Source: Leucoraja erinacea
Taxonomy: Eukaryota
NCBI RefSeq assembly: GCF_028641065.1
Contig: NC_073404.1
Location: forward strand, 22,692,001-22,756,000
Direction: 5' to 3'
Length of the DNA stretch: 64,000 nt
A program made the translations under genes and the position numbers. Below, piece after piece: positions 50,947-62,517 of the stretch (within the stretch, counting starts at the first letter, position 1; every line of letters starts with the position of its first letter). The notes under the pieces were generated by a model, which was not told the origin of the DNA, ran no database searches, and was given only the letters and a program-made list of their open reading frames with translations.

Positions 50947-53442
50947 AACCTTCATTTCTTCTATTTTTTTCAGCTTTGATTCTTCTAGGTAAGAAAATGC
51001 TGCTTTCAAACTATGAAATAGTTGTATTTATTGTTCCTTTGTTGCCGCTTCTTCTCCGTGCTGGCTGTGACAGACGACACCAGCGGCCCCAGGCCTACAG
51101 CCAGTTACAGAAAGAAGCGCCAACCCCAGCCCAACTCCCGCCGGGCCAACCAACAGGCCCGGACCGACAACACCAGCGGCCACAAGCCCACAGCCAGTGC
51201 GGAGAAGAAGCGCCAATTCCAGCCCAGCCCCCCCGACGGGCCAGGGACTGGCAGCGGCCGACAGCCCTGGTGCCGGCGAAAACCGAGCACCAGCCATACA
51301 CACAGTGCTGCAGCAACTTGGCCTCCTTAGTTTGAAAGCAGTATTTTCTTACCTAGAAGAATCAAAGCTGGAAAAAAAGAAATTAAGGTCCACTGCTTCA
51401 CTACACTGCTTTCCAGGGCTGTTTATGCATAGTGACCTTTAACCTGGGTTTGTGCAGTCGGAATACCGAACTCGCTTATTACACTCTACACGCAGCCTCC
51501 TGTACTCTACAATATTTGGGGTTAGTCTGTTTAGTTTCATTTTTTGTCACGTGCACCGAAGTACAGTGAAAAGCTTTTGTTGGGTGCTAACCAGCCAGCA
51601 GAAAGACAATACATGATTACAATCGAGCCATTCACTGTGTAAGGGAATAACGTTTAGTGCAGGATAAAAAATATAATCTATTGTCAGTATATCATTATGT
51701 ATCATATTATATTAATGTATTATGTTGATCATGTATTATCTTTCCACTGACTAGTTAACACGTAACAAAAGGTTTACACTGTACCTTGGTACATGTGCGA
51801 TACGATACAATAGAACTTTATTTAGAAGGTTACACAGATTCACATCCCTGGGATGCAGACCATGAGGCCCTGGGTTTTTATCAGCCTTCAGTCGCATTAG
51901 TCTACCCAACACCATTTCCTGCCTAATGTGAATTTCTTTCAGTTCCTCCGTCACCCTAGATCCTCTGGCCACGAGTACTTCAGGGAGATTTTTTGTGTCT
52001 TCCTTTGTGAAGACGGATCCAAAGTACCTGTTCAACTATCAGACTTGATGGCTGAATGGCATTATTCTGCTCTTAGAACCTATGTCACAAAGTGCTGGAG
52101 TAACTCAGTGAGTCAGGCAGCATCTCTGGAGAACATGGATAGGTGATGTTTCAATCTGAAACAGGGTCCCGACCCGAAACATCACTTCTTCATGTTAACC
52201 AGAGATGCTACCTGACCTGCTGAGTTACTCCAACACTCTGTGGTCTTTTTCGTTTTACAATAGATCTTCTGGAACAGCACATAGAGTATTGCCATGTTCT
52301 GGCACCATCTAGCAACTTCCAAGCCTTTGAAAGGTCTATTCTTGGCCCATGGAGATATACATTTTCTCATGTTCTCACTTTTAGGCCTGGTGTCCTGGTG
52401 GCACTGGATCAATGAAGTGGGAGTCAGTCTCGTCCAGCGCAATGCTATCGGCTCCTTTCAATGCTGTTTTATGCCACTGGCTGCGCTTGATCCACTGGCT
52501 CATCTGGCTAAATTTAAATTGGAGACGAAAGATGGGGTTGATTTTGGAGAAGGAAATACAAGCAAAGATCTGACAGAAGATAGACACAAAGTGCTGGAGT
52601 AACTCAGTGGGTCAGACAGCATCTCTTGAGAAAAAGGACGGATGACATTTCGGGTCAGGACCCTTCTTCAAACACTGACATTGATCTGACAGTGTGGGTA
52701 CAATCTGAAAGAGCATGGAGAACGGATGAATGAATAGCAAGGGGCTGTCTGAAGCATGGGAGACTGGGAGAAGGAGAATAGTTATTTAAAATTAACAAAA
52801 CAGGAAAAGCATCAACTAGAAATGAGAATTCAAAAATTTTACATATTTCAATGAAATTGTTGAACATATTAAATGTGAAAGGCTACAAAATGTCCAGTGA
52901 AAGATGAAATGTTATTAATTGAGCCTATATTATGCTTTTTTTTTAAAGCAAATGTTGAAGCAGGATGCAGAATTAAGGTGGCAGGCAAATGGGGAAAAAA
53001 AACAGACTAGCATAATACATTACAACCATATTTTTATGGCTTTTTGAGCTTTCTGTAGAGCTATGAGGGTGGAAGATATAACATGTTTCTGTGGGTTAGT
53101 GAATAATATTTCATTCAATAATATTGCCTTTCGCGGGGGTGTGTTAAGGAGATGTGTTTTGGTACAGAAATGTTGCGGTGGGTATGTTTCCAGTTTGTGT
53201 GAATGCATTTGGGTGGGTTTTGAATGGAGTTCTTTGTTTTTTAAGGGGGGGGGGGGGAGGGGGGGGATTGCTGGGAGCTGTTATGTGGAGGGGAAAGTTC
53301 GTTTGAATGGGAGGGGAAAGGTTGTTTGAATGGGAGGGGAATGGGGAAAGTTTGTTTGAGTGGGAGGGGAAAGGGAGAAGTTTGCGTGGAGGGGGGCGGA
53401 GTTTTTGCGCGGTGCCGCGTCTGATGAAGGGAGGGTTTGTGC

Positions 53443-53467
53443 CAAAGATACTCCTCTAGTATCTTTG
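53443..53467. mobile_element. 25-bp TIR-only element CAAAGATACT...AGTATCTTTG, 8-bp TSD gtttgtgc
   Basis: TSD at 53435-53442 and 53468-53475. Confidence 0.85.
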
Positions 53468-53583
53468 GTTTGTGCGAAGTTTTGCTGCGAGTTGCTTCAT
53501 CCTCACTGGAGGGCGCGCTCCGCCATTCGGTGTTCCGTTGTGCAGCGGTGGCTCTCCCTCCCCTTTACCCAGCTAGCAGTGTC

Positions 53584-53614
53584 CAAAGATTATAGAGCTC
53601 CTCTATAATCTTTG
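53584..53614. mobile_element. 31-bp TIR-only element CAAAGATTATAGAG-ctc-CTCTATAATCTTTG, 8-bp TSD gcagtgtc
   Basis: TSD at 53576-53583 and 53615-53622; perfect 14-bp arms. Confidence 0.87.
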
Positions 53615-55636
53615 GCAGTGTCCGCTTCCCGGCTGTTTTAACCGACGTATGTCCCTGTTAGTGGGGTTGCTGTGCAGTTCATCGTCGCCTTAAGGCCGGT
53701 GCTGGTGGCGTATCGTGCGGACTCGCTGCAACTCCAGTCCGGGGCTCAACTTTGGCTGGGCCTCCATCGACGGTGAGTCCTCTGAACACAACACAAACTA
53801 TACTTAAATCAACGAAACAACCATTAATCAATATCTGCGGATTACTTGGGAAAGTTACTGTTAGTTTCCGTGTGAAAGCACTGCATTACAACAGTTAGGC
53901 CTCCAGAACGTTGAATCCTTTTAGAGGAATGTTGTTATTTTTAATGTTTATTTTGTTATCGCCAATGTTAATTCCACTCGTGGAAATGTATCTCCAATTA
54001 GAGAATCAGTCTGAAAAAGGGTCTCGACCCGAAACGTCACTCATTCTCTCGAGAAATGCTGCCGGACCCGCTGAGTTACTCCAGTTTTTTCTGTCTATTT
54101 TTAATGATTAGAAAGGTGATCGGTGCATATTTTCCACCATTAACGTTTTAGTCTCATTGCTTCTTTGGTTTGTGTTGCCAAATAAATTACCGAGTAAGAG
54201 GCAGCTAACCCTTCAAACTTGAAGTAAATCCACTTTAAAGACAAATAATGTCTGCTCTAGTTTACCTTCGCACCAGTCCATACATTACAAGTAATCAATG
54301 AAGGCCTTGTTTATCTGCACACAGGACGCTGGCAAAAAAACCCATTTCAAAGAGAAAGTACTGTAATACCACGGTTTTTCCACAGTCACACCACAGTACA
54401 TAATTGAATGATGACTATTAAGTTCATTTTAATTTAATTGATCCACAATAAAAAATCATAAAATCACCCATTTAAATATATCTAGTTCTCAATTGACTAA
54501 TTTAATGTTATCTGTGAATGCAGGTGTGTATTCTATGCTCTTGAAAGGTCTTCTAGTCTTTGTTACTCTTTATTGATATCACCCCAGATGTTATCCTTTT
54601 AAATATCTTTGTCCCCACCCCTTGTAAATCTTTCAAATTTTGAAGTAATATGTTGGATTTGCTTGACTCTTTTTCTTAGCCAATTCGAAAACTGATTTCT
54701 AGAGTCACTCACTATTCAAACTTATGACAAGGCAATTATGTTTGCTATTCTGAGTCAGTTGTATCTTCGACTATTGATTGCCACATTAAATACTGTATTT
54801 TGACTACAGTCCTCTGACAACACAGTTTAGTTTGATGCGGGATTTGTGTTTTACTGCTTTTCATAATATAATTCAACATTTCCTGCCTTTTAAATCAGTC
54901 TTATGAAGCCAAAAAGAATGACTTGATTTCAAAGGCTGCTTGACTTGTTGTGTGCCTCAAACATGGAACACAATTCATTCTTAGACCCCCAAGAATCTTT
55001 CAACTTTGTTCTTGGACATGAAAATCATGAGGTTTCCCACATCAGCTTGATCGCTTTGATATTTGCCAGCTTGTGCTTTTGGAGCTTATTTTGTTTAAAA
55101 CCCCAAAGCAATTACATAATATTCTAGACCATTGTTCTAATGCTTTATCAATATTGTTCATGAGTCGAAATGGGTTTTGGGATTAGCATTTAATTTTAAG
55201 GAAAAATATGAACAGAATAATTACGTTTTCAAATTGCTGCGTTCCATGTTGGGTTTTCCATTTGAGCAGGATTGTTTCTGACCATCTTTCACCCCATCTC
55301 TTCTTGACTTGAGCATTATTTGTTTTCCAAGTGTTTCACCTCGGGTTTCTGGAGTGGAACCGTTTCCATTCAATTGAATTGAATTGAATTGAATACCTTT
55401 ATTGTCATTTCAATGTTTATTGTTAATTCAATACCTAATTACATGATACTTTGTTTTAAGCAATGAAATGGAGGGACCCTACTCCATTCATTGGGTTGTG
55501 GAAAGCATCATGTGATGAGATTTGAATTCACTTTATTAACAGGAATCTGGAATCGTCCATTGAATCTGGACAGGGACTTTGAATGAACAGATAATTTGCA
55601 AAGAGTTAACTTGGATAATTTTCATAATTGTTCTAT

Positions 55637-55678
55637 TAACAAACTATCGCATAACAAACTATCGCATAACAAACTATC
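55637..55678 (+). repeat. 15-bp tandem repeat (taacaaactatcgca) x2.8
   Basis: Read directly from the sequence. Confidence 0.85.
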
Positions 55679-56959
55679 CCTCAAACCCTGTTTTGCGGCG
55701 ACCAGGAACTAACTTCTCAGACCTGTGCATGGAGCTTTTGAAATTATTTAGTGTCTGTTACAAACTAACTGAATATTTATCTTTAAAACGTAACAATTTA
55801 AGTTTGTGGGATGCAACCCCTGCCCACATAGTTGTAAGTCACGATGGGTTTTTATTGGACAAAAATCTTGCATGCTTGATTCAAGATTTTGTGTATCTAT
55901 CTATTCCCATCAGTTCCCCATTCCATCCTGTTAATGTGTGAGCAAGGTTGGGTAGGATTTCAGGATTATACCTTTCTTGTGCAATTGGACAGAACCAACA
56001 GAATGAACAGCTAAGTAGTGCATTACTATTGTTGTAAAACAATGGATTTATCAATAATTTGGCGGGGGCATAATTATGTAACGTCTCAGTGGCCAGTTGC
56101 ATATGTTTCATATCCCTAAATTAACTTGGCCAAATCAAGTCTAGCAACTCTGAAGAATAAAGTCTAGAGCTCTGAAGTAAAATTTCTGATGAAAAGCTCC
56201 TTTGTAGTCTTATGGGTCCATTGCATGGTAATCAGAAAAACACACAATTATTCTGTTCATTCAATGAAGGGAAAAGTGTAATCTCGTGCAGAGTATTGTT
56301 AATCCATGATATATACGTTTAAAGGTCTTTCCAAAGACGTCATGATTAGATTAGATTAGATTCCTTTATTGTCATTCAGACCTTTCGGTCTGAACGAAAT
56401 TTCGTTGCCTGCAGTCATACATATAATAATAAATAACAAAACATACAATAAACACAAATGAACATCCACCACAGTGAGTTCACCAAGCACCTCCTCACTG
56501 TGATGGAGGCAAAAGTCTTAGTCTCTGTCTCTTCCCTCCTTGTACTCCCTCTGCTCTGAGGCGGATCCAGGCCGAAGATGCCGCCCTCCAGTCCAGCGGA
56601 CCTCCGAAGTGATGTCGCCGCTGTCTCTGCTCCGATTCGGGCCACTGCCGAAAGCTGGAACACCACCTCAGCGAGTCGGGCCACCACCGCCTCAGCTCAG
56701 CTAGCTACATATGAATTGAAAGAGACTTGTCAGTTATGTTTCAAAGCACAGATTTGGTATGCTACCCCATCTTTAAATAATTCAGCAAAAGATTTTCTCA
56801 TCCACATGGATTAGTCGATGGAGTATGATTTTTCACCCAGAAAGCGTCATCTCCAACATTGCAGCTGTCTTGCATTAAATTGTATTCAGATCCTGGTCTG
56901 GGATTTGAGTCTTCATCCTATTAAACTGAGCTGTTGTTTGGAATTCTTTCTGTATTCTT

Positions 56960-57350
56960 AAGGGCTTGTCCCACCATGGCGACCTAATTTGCGGGTTTGG
57001 AAGAGTTTGCGCTCGCCACAAACTCGCAGCATGGTCGACACATGATCCTAGGAGGTCACTGTAACTCTCCTTCACGCTCGAGAGATGTTCCGGCATTACC
57101 CGCGGCCTCAGTTTGACCGAGGAAAATTTTTCATCGTGCTGAAAAAATTTCCGCGAGTAAAAATTAGTCGGCATGGTTCTTTCGAACTTGTAGTGCAGTG
57201 ATAGTGGGGTCGCCATGTAATTATAGGTAGTCGAGGTAGCCGTGGGCAATCTCCTTTGTTGACTGGGCATTTTAATTGGATCATTGGAGGAAAAAAAATG
57301 TTAGCACCGACCGGTAATGTTAAATGCCCACTAAACTTTTTAAAAAGTTG
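56960..57350. mobile_element. Probable PIF/Harbinger-type DNA transposon fragment (TTA|AGGGCTTGTCCCAC end)
   Basis: CpG-retaining insert beginning after TTA; the partner TIR was not found. Confidence 0.4.
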
Positions 57351-57370
57351 TTTGGCTTCTTGAAAGTGTC

Positions 57371-57405
<35 letters not shown>

Positions 57406-58928
57406 CCTTCTGTGTGCATGTGTGTTTCCAGTTGATCCATTATATTTCATTTAATGCAATCCATCAAACGGGTTTAATGCACTTCCGATGTTTTAATTTT
57501 AGAGTTTTAATGCACTTCCCACGTTTTTAAATGTTAACAAATAACAAAACAAATGTTGGAAAAGAATTGTGGAATGGAAATCCAGACAGGCAATTTTGTT
57601 TGAATTGAAATAAGTAAGGGATGAAACGTCAGCACAGTGAGGAGTAATCCACCACTCAGATAAACCACCTGCTTCTTTACCGAACCTAATGAACACAAAT
57701 GGTCTCCGCTTGCATGATATTTGAGATGGGAGCTATGTTATAGTATTATAATATATTACTGAAATAGAATATTTTTAAATAAAAGGAGATTTAATCATAC
57801 TGAAACTCTCCAATATAATACCATAGTCATCAGAAGCCAACTAGTAATATTCCAGTTGCAGCCAAGAAGTCAACATTTGCCATAATCTCCTGCTCTTGTT
57901 CCCTCTACTCTTTCTGGAACAGGCATAACCAGAGTGACATCCTTCAAACATTACCCTCTCCTATTGGTAGACCAGTTAAGAATCCAAACTACCATAGCAC
58001 TGCAGATCCCAGAAACATTACTCTTATGGATCAGCCTACCTTAAGGGACTTTGTCAAATGCCTTAGTAAAGGCTATGCAGACAATATCCACTGCCCTACC
58101 CTCATCAATCAACTTTGTTACCTCCTCAAAAAAAAACTCGTCAGATTTGTATGACATGGCCTGCTGGGGACAAAGACATGCTGACAGTCCTTAATCATCC
58201 CAATATCTAAACGGGACTAAAATCTATCCTTAAGAATCCTCTCCAACAGCTTAGAAGGAAGGAACAGCAGATGCTAGTTTACAAAAAAGAACGCAAAGTA
58301 CTGGTGTAATTCCGTGGGTCAGACAACATATCTGGAGCACATTGGATATGTGACATTTTTGGTTGGGACTATTTTTCAGACTGAAGTTCATACTCCGGCT
58401 TCCTACCACATTCCGAAGATGTTTGTAGATTCATTGACTTCAGTAAGTTACTCCTAGTGTGTAGGACATAGAGCGAATGTGCAGATAATTGATGGTCAGC
58501 GTGGACTCAATGGGCCTAAGGGCCTGTTTCCATGCTAGATCTCTAACTTCTGCCTCTGGTCATTTTGGGCATAATTTTTTACTGGGGAAAATCCAGTCGT
58601 TTGATCGCCCAATCTTTAATATGTTCATGCAAGGAAATAACTGATATTCAACAAAATATAGGTATGTTTGTAGAGTAGAAATTTGGCATTCTACAACTTA
58701 TTTGAAAACTGGGTAAGGGATATCAATGAAGGAGGGAAAACAGGAGGGTTGCTTGTGTACATCCTGGAGTTTATGGAGACCATGTGAAGAGAGGCCGCTG
58801 TATATAAATAGACAGATATATGACTTCTTATAAATTGTCTCAATGGTTCACATGCCATTAATATTGCTTTCTCTTGCTAGGTTTAAAAATATCCTTGAAG
58901 GAATATCATCAAAGGATTTGGAAGCAAA

Positions 58929-59018
58929 ATGTCGATAATGGGGTTAAAGAAAAAACAACCTAAAACCTTTAAAGTTAAGGTTATTACCATGGATGCAGAA
59001 ATGGAATTCAGTTGTGAG
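58929..59018 (+). CDS. Merlin/NF2-like (nf2b-type) first coding exon [30 protein letters not shown]
   Basis: KQPKTF and TMDAEMEF merlin N-terminal FERM signature; donor gtaaga. Confidence 0.9.
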
Positions 59019-61744
59019 GTAAGAAAGAGTATTTAGATATTTTTTTGACATTTAGTGTCCTTGGATTGTTCCAAGTTTTAGATGTAAGTGCTGTTATCTA
59101 GGCAAATTCAACCACTGAATAGTGTAAAGTAATATACAGTGGGAAATCAGATGTTGGATCTACTACTCTGTTGCAGGCAGTTGTAATTGTATGTAGTTGA
59201 ATGTGAGTCACTTGATTTAAGTTGTGAAAAGGTTCTATTTTTTTTTTTTTTCAAATATCGCAAATGAATCTTATGTTTAATGAGATTGTCGAACTCTTGT
59301 TCATTAATTAATCTGAAATATGGCATTTCTGAAATGTTACACTCTTCAATATTGAAGTATAACCCAGAGATAATGCTCACAACCCTGGAGTGGTGCTTGA
59401 ACCAATAGCCATCTCATTGAGATGAGATGTTGCCAAGTGCAGTTGCAAGAGTTTGGTCAAATGGTCTCCTGAGGAGCATAACTGGTCTTCAGATTTACAA
59501 AAAAAAAATTAATATAATAGACAATAGTTGCAGGAGTAGGCCATTTGCCCCTTCGAGCCAGCCCCGCCATTCAATGTGATCATGGCCTCCCCAATCGACC
59601 CCGCCAGCTCCGCCATTCCCCAATCTGATCATGGCTGATCATCCCTGTCAAAATGCACTGGATGGTTCCTTAGCTTGAATTGTCATTGTAATAATGAATT
59701 GTAAAATTGAATGCTCTCATTTTGAAGATTAAATACGTTTTTTCATTCACTTGTGTTAGGTTAGTTAAATTGGTTCCTGCCTTCTCCCCATATCCCCTGA
59801 CTCTGCTATTTTTTAAGAGCCCTATCTAGCTCTCTCTTGAAAGCATCCAGAGACCAAATAAGATTTATGGTTGTGCAGTAATAATGAAATATCTGTCAAA
59901 ATGCACTGGATGGTTCCTTAGCTTGAATTGTCATTGTAATAATGAATTGTAAAAGTCTCTCCCTGCACTGACCCAATCGTCTCTCCGTTTTGAAGAGCCT
60001 CCAACAGGAATACGGGGACTCTTGCCGACTTTTCAGTTCAGCGCTGCTGTGTTAGCTGTTAGTTAAATTGGATCCAATAGGTCTGTGGACGGGCGGCACC
60101 GGGAGCCCGCGGCTCCCTGGAGGGAGATCAGGGGAAAAAGTTGCGGGGTATTTTAGCTCCTTCTGGAATTTTGCGATGTCACGCCGGGGGCTCTTCACCC
60201 GGTGTAGACCACCGTGGCTTTAATCCGCGGTACAATTCGCCAGCCGGGGGCTTTGACTTGACTCTATGAATGTGCAGTGGAGAGATAGTTTATTTGGCCT
60301 TCCATCACAGCGATGTGATGGATGTTTATGTAAATTATGTTGTGTCTTGGGTCTATGTGTTTGTAATGTATGGCTGCAGAAACGGCATTTCGTTTGGACC
60401 TCAAGGGGTCCAAATGACAATTAAATGTATCTTGTATCTTGTATGTGACAGTAAAGTACCAATGAACCATTAAACTCTTGCCAGCCTAAAAATATCCTCA
60501 AGTTCTTTGAGAATACTTCTCATCCTAGTTTAAGTTTTGTTTTGGGCACTTCAATAACAAAAGGTATCATCATTTATTTACGAACGTGTCCTTTTCTAAT
60601 AAAATCAATTTGGCTGCTGCATTATGAGCCTTAACATATTCAATACTTTTTTATGTTCCCCTATCATTCCTGAAGGCTGCATGATTCATGCTGGTGTATT
60701 GTTCATATATTTGCAATGTTTAATAATATTTTCCTATGATGAGTGCCAAGCTATTTCAATGCTGGGATTGTTTATATTGGCCAAGACTAGTTTTGGTCTT
60801 ACTGATCATCCAAACATTTTTTCCAGCAGAGTTGATAAATACGAGTTGCTATTGGATAGTGTACCCTTGATTTGGTGTAACACGGGTTAGTAATGAAGAT
60901 CGCCAGCATATTGGGCATCAGAGTAGCCCTTTTTAGAGATAGCATTGCTCACCCCAGTTAGGGAAAGGACAGGAGAAGATGTTTCCAATGTTGCTCTCCT
61001 AACAATAATTAACTGGCCAGCAGACTATGGATGGCAGTTGGCCCCTTTCAGTGGTTGAAACAAGACATTAAACCAAATTGTTGTATGTGGAACTTATGTA
61101 TGTGAAGAACAGCCCTCGTAGCCAGCATGCTGTAGGATCGGTACTGCTGCTCTTGGTGAGATATAATATGCTGATGAAGAAACACTGGGCTACACCTTTT
61201 TCTGGAAAGACAAATCTGAAAATGAAGATGTGCCACCTACGCAACATTCCTTTAATAGCTTCCCAAGTTACTTGTCGGTGTCAACAGATGTGTCATGAAG
61301 CGTCGTTTCCTCATCACCTATTCCTGACACGTTAGCATCGTCAGTCCCTCTGTTCCTACCCTGACCAGCAGTGATGATGACAAGGAGGCATTTTGTGAGA
61401 ACCTTCACTTTCTGGTGAAGTCAACTCCTGTAAGCAATAAGCCCATATTACTTGGCGATTTCAGTGCTAGTGTTGGGAGTGATTGTAAGATGTGAGGAGT
61501 TTGCATGAGCTTGGAAAGGCAAACAGCAACAGGCCTCTCCTGTTGACTGTGTGTGTGTGTGGAGAATGATCCTGCCATCAACATCTGGGAACTTGAATCC
61601 CTTGTTCACCTGAGCTATTGTGGGTGCTTTAGCCATTTTATCTTTTCATAATGTCACCCAAAACTATATTGTCCAGGCCAAGAAATGCATGAACTATTAA
61701 TATTGAAGAGCAAATTGAGATATGTGTTTTATTTTGTATTGCAG

Positions 61745-61870
61745 GTGAAGTGGAAAGGAAAAGACCTTTTTGACTTGGTGTGTCGAACAATTGGATTACG
61801 GGAAACCTGGTTCTTTGGACTGCAATTCATTGTAAAAGATACATTTGCATGGTTAAAACCGGAGAAGAGG
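61745..61870 (+). CDS. Merlin/NF2-like second coding exon [42 protein letters not shown]; the gene continues beyond the window
   Basis: Merlin-specific [24 protein letters not shown], 126 nt, gcag/gtttgt flanks. Confidence 0.93.
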
Positions 61871-62517
61871 GTTTGTATCAAGTTTTTATTTGGTTTAAAA
61901 TGAATATTATTTCCAGAAATCAAGAACATTTAGAAATATTATTACATTGAAATGTCTAAAACTGAGGTATCAAGAGCATTGATTGCAATTTTTAAACTTT
62001 TGAATATGTAGATGACTAGATGCTTAAAAATTAATAGTATATTAAAACTTTCATTTTAAAATGGCTGCATTTTGACAAACCTTAGGAAAATTAACTGTAA
62101 GTAGTTATGAATTATAATTTCTAAATATTTGAAATTGTAGTTTATAAATATTTATTACCCAAGTAATAGATTTGAATAGACCAGTTATTTTTATTGAACC
62201 ATGTTTAATACTGGCCAAATAAACACCAGCCGTCAGGTTCTGCAAGCCAGGAGACGATGTAGCTTGAATATTGGTTGCCTTTGCGTCATAAATTGACGAA
62301 CAATTGATAGAGGTAAAATAATTGTGGAAATACAATGAAAACAGAAATGTGTGAAGGATTATTCAGGAGCAGGCAGCATCTATTGAGTATACGGATGTGG
62401 TTAAGTTTGAGTAGTCCAATGATTGCTCCAAACATTTCCATGCTGCTAATGATATATTTTATAGGTCTTCAAAATATCTTTGAAGCGATGTTTTACAAAC
62501 AAACTTAGTAAATAAAG

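Larger units (their letters stand above)
50394..51480. mobile_element. Non-autonomous DNA transposon with ~150-bp TIRs (aataagcgagttcggtattccgactgc...); left TIR split by a Penelope insertion
   Basis: 50394-50487 plus 50964-51015 is the reverse complement of ~51325-51480; internal ~95-bp tandem duplication at 51065-51250. Confidence 0.8.
53390..53778 (+). promoter_or_regulatory. Probable promoter and non-coding first exon of the NF2-like gene (donor CG|GTGAGT at 53773)
   Basis: CpG island with an upstream G-rich tract and a strong donor; the ATG exon begins at an acceptor (58880). Confidence 0.6.

Noticed and set aside
50976-51442. Several overlapping GC-rich ORFs
   Set aside because: They lie within the tandem-duplicated interior of the TIR element; no transposase motifs are present.
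57372-57402. Long C/G homopolymers (also ~20245 and ~25468)
   Set aside because: Simple repeats whose lengths are unreliable in assemblies; no function can be supported.
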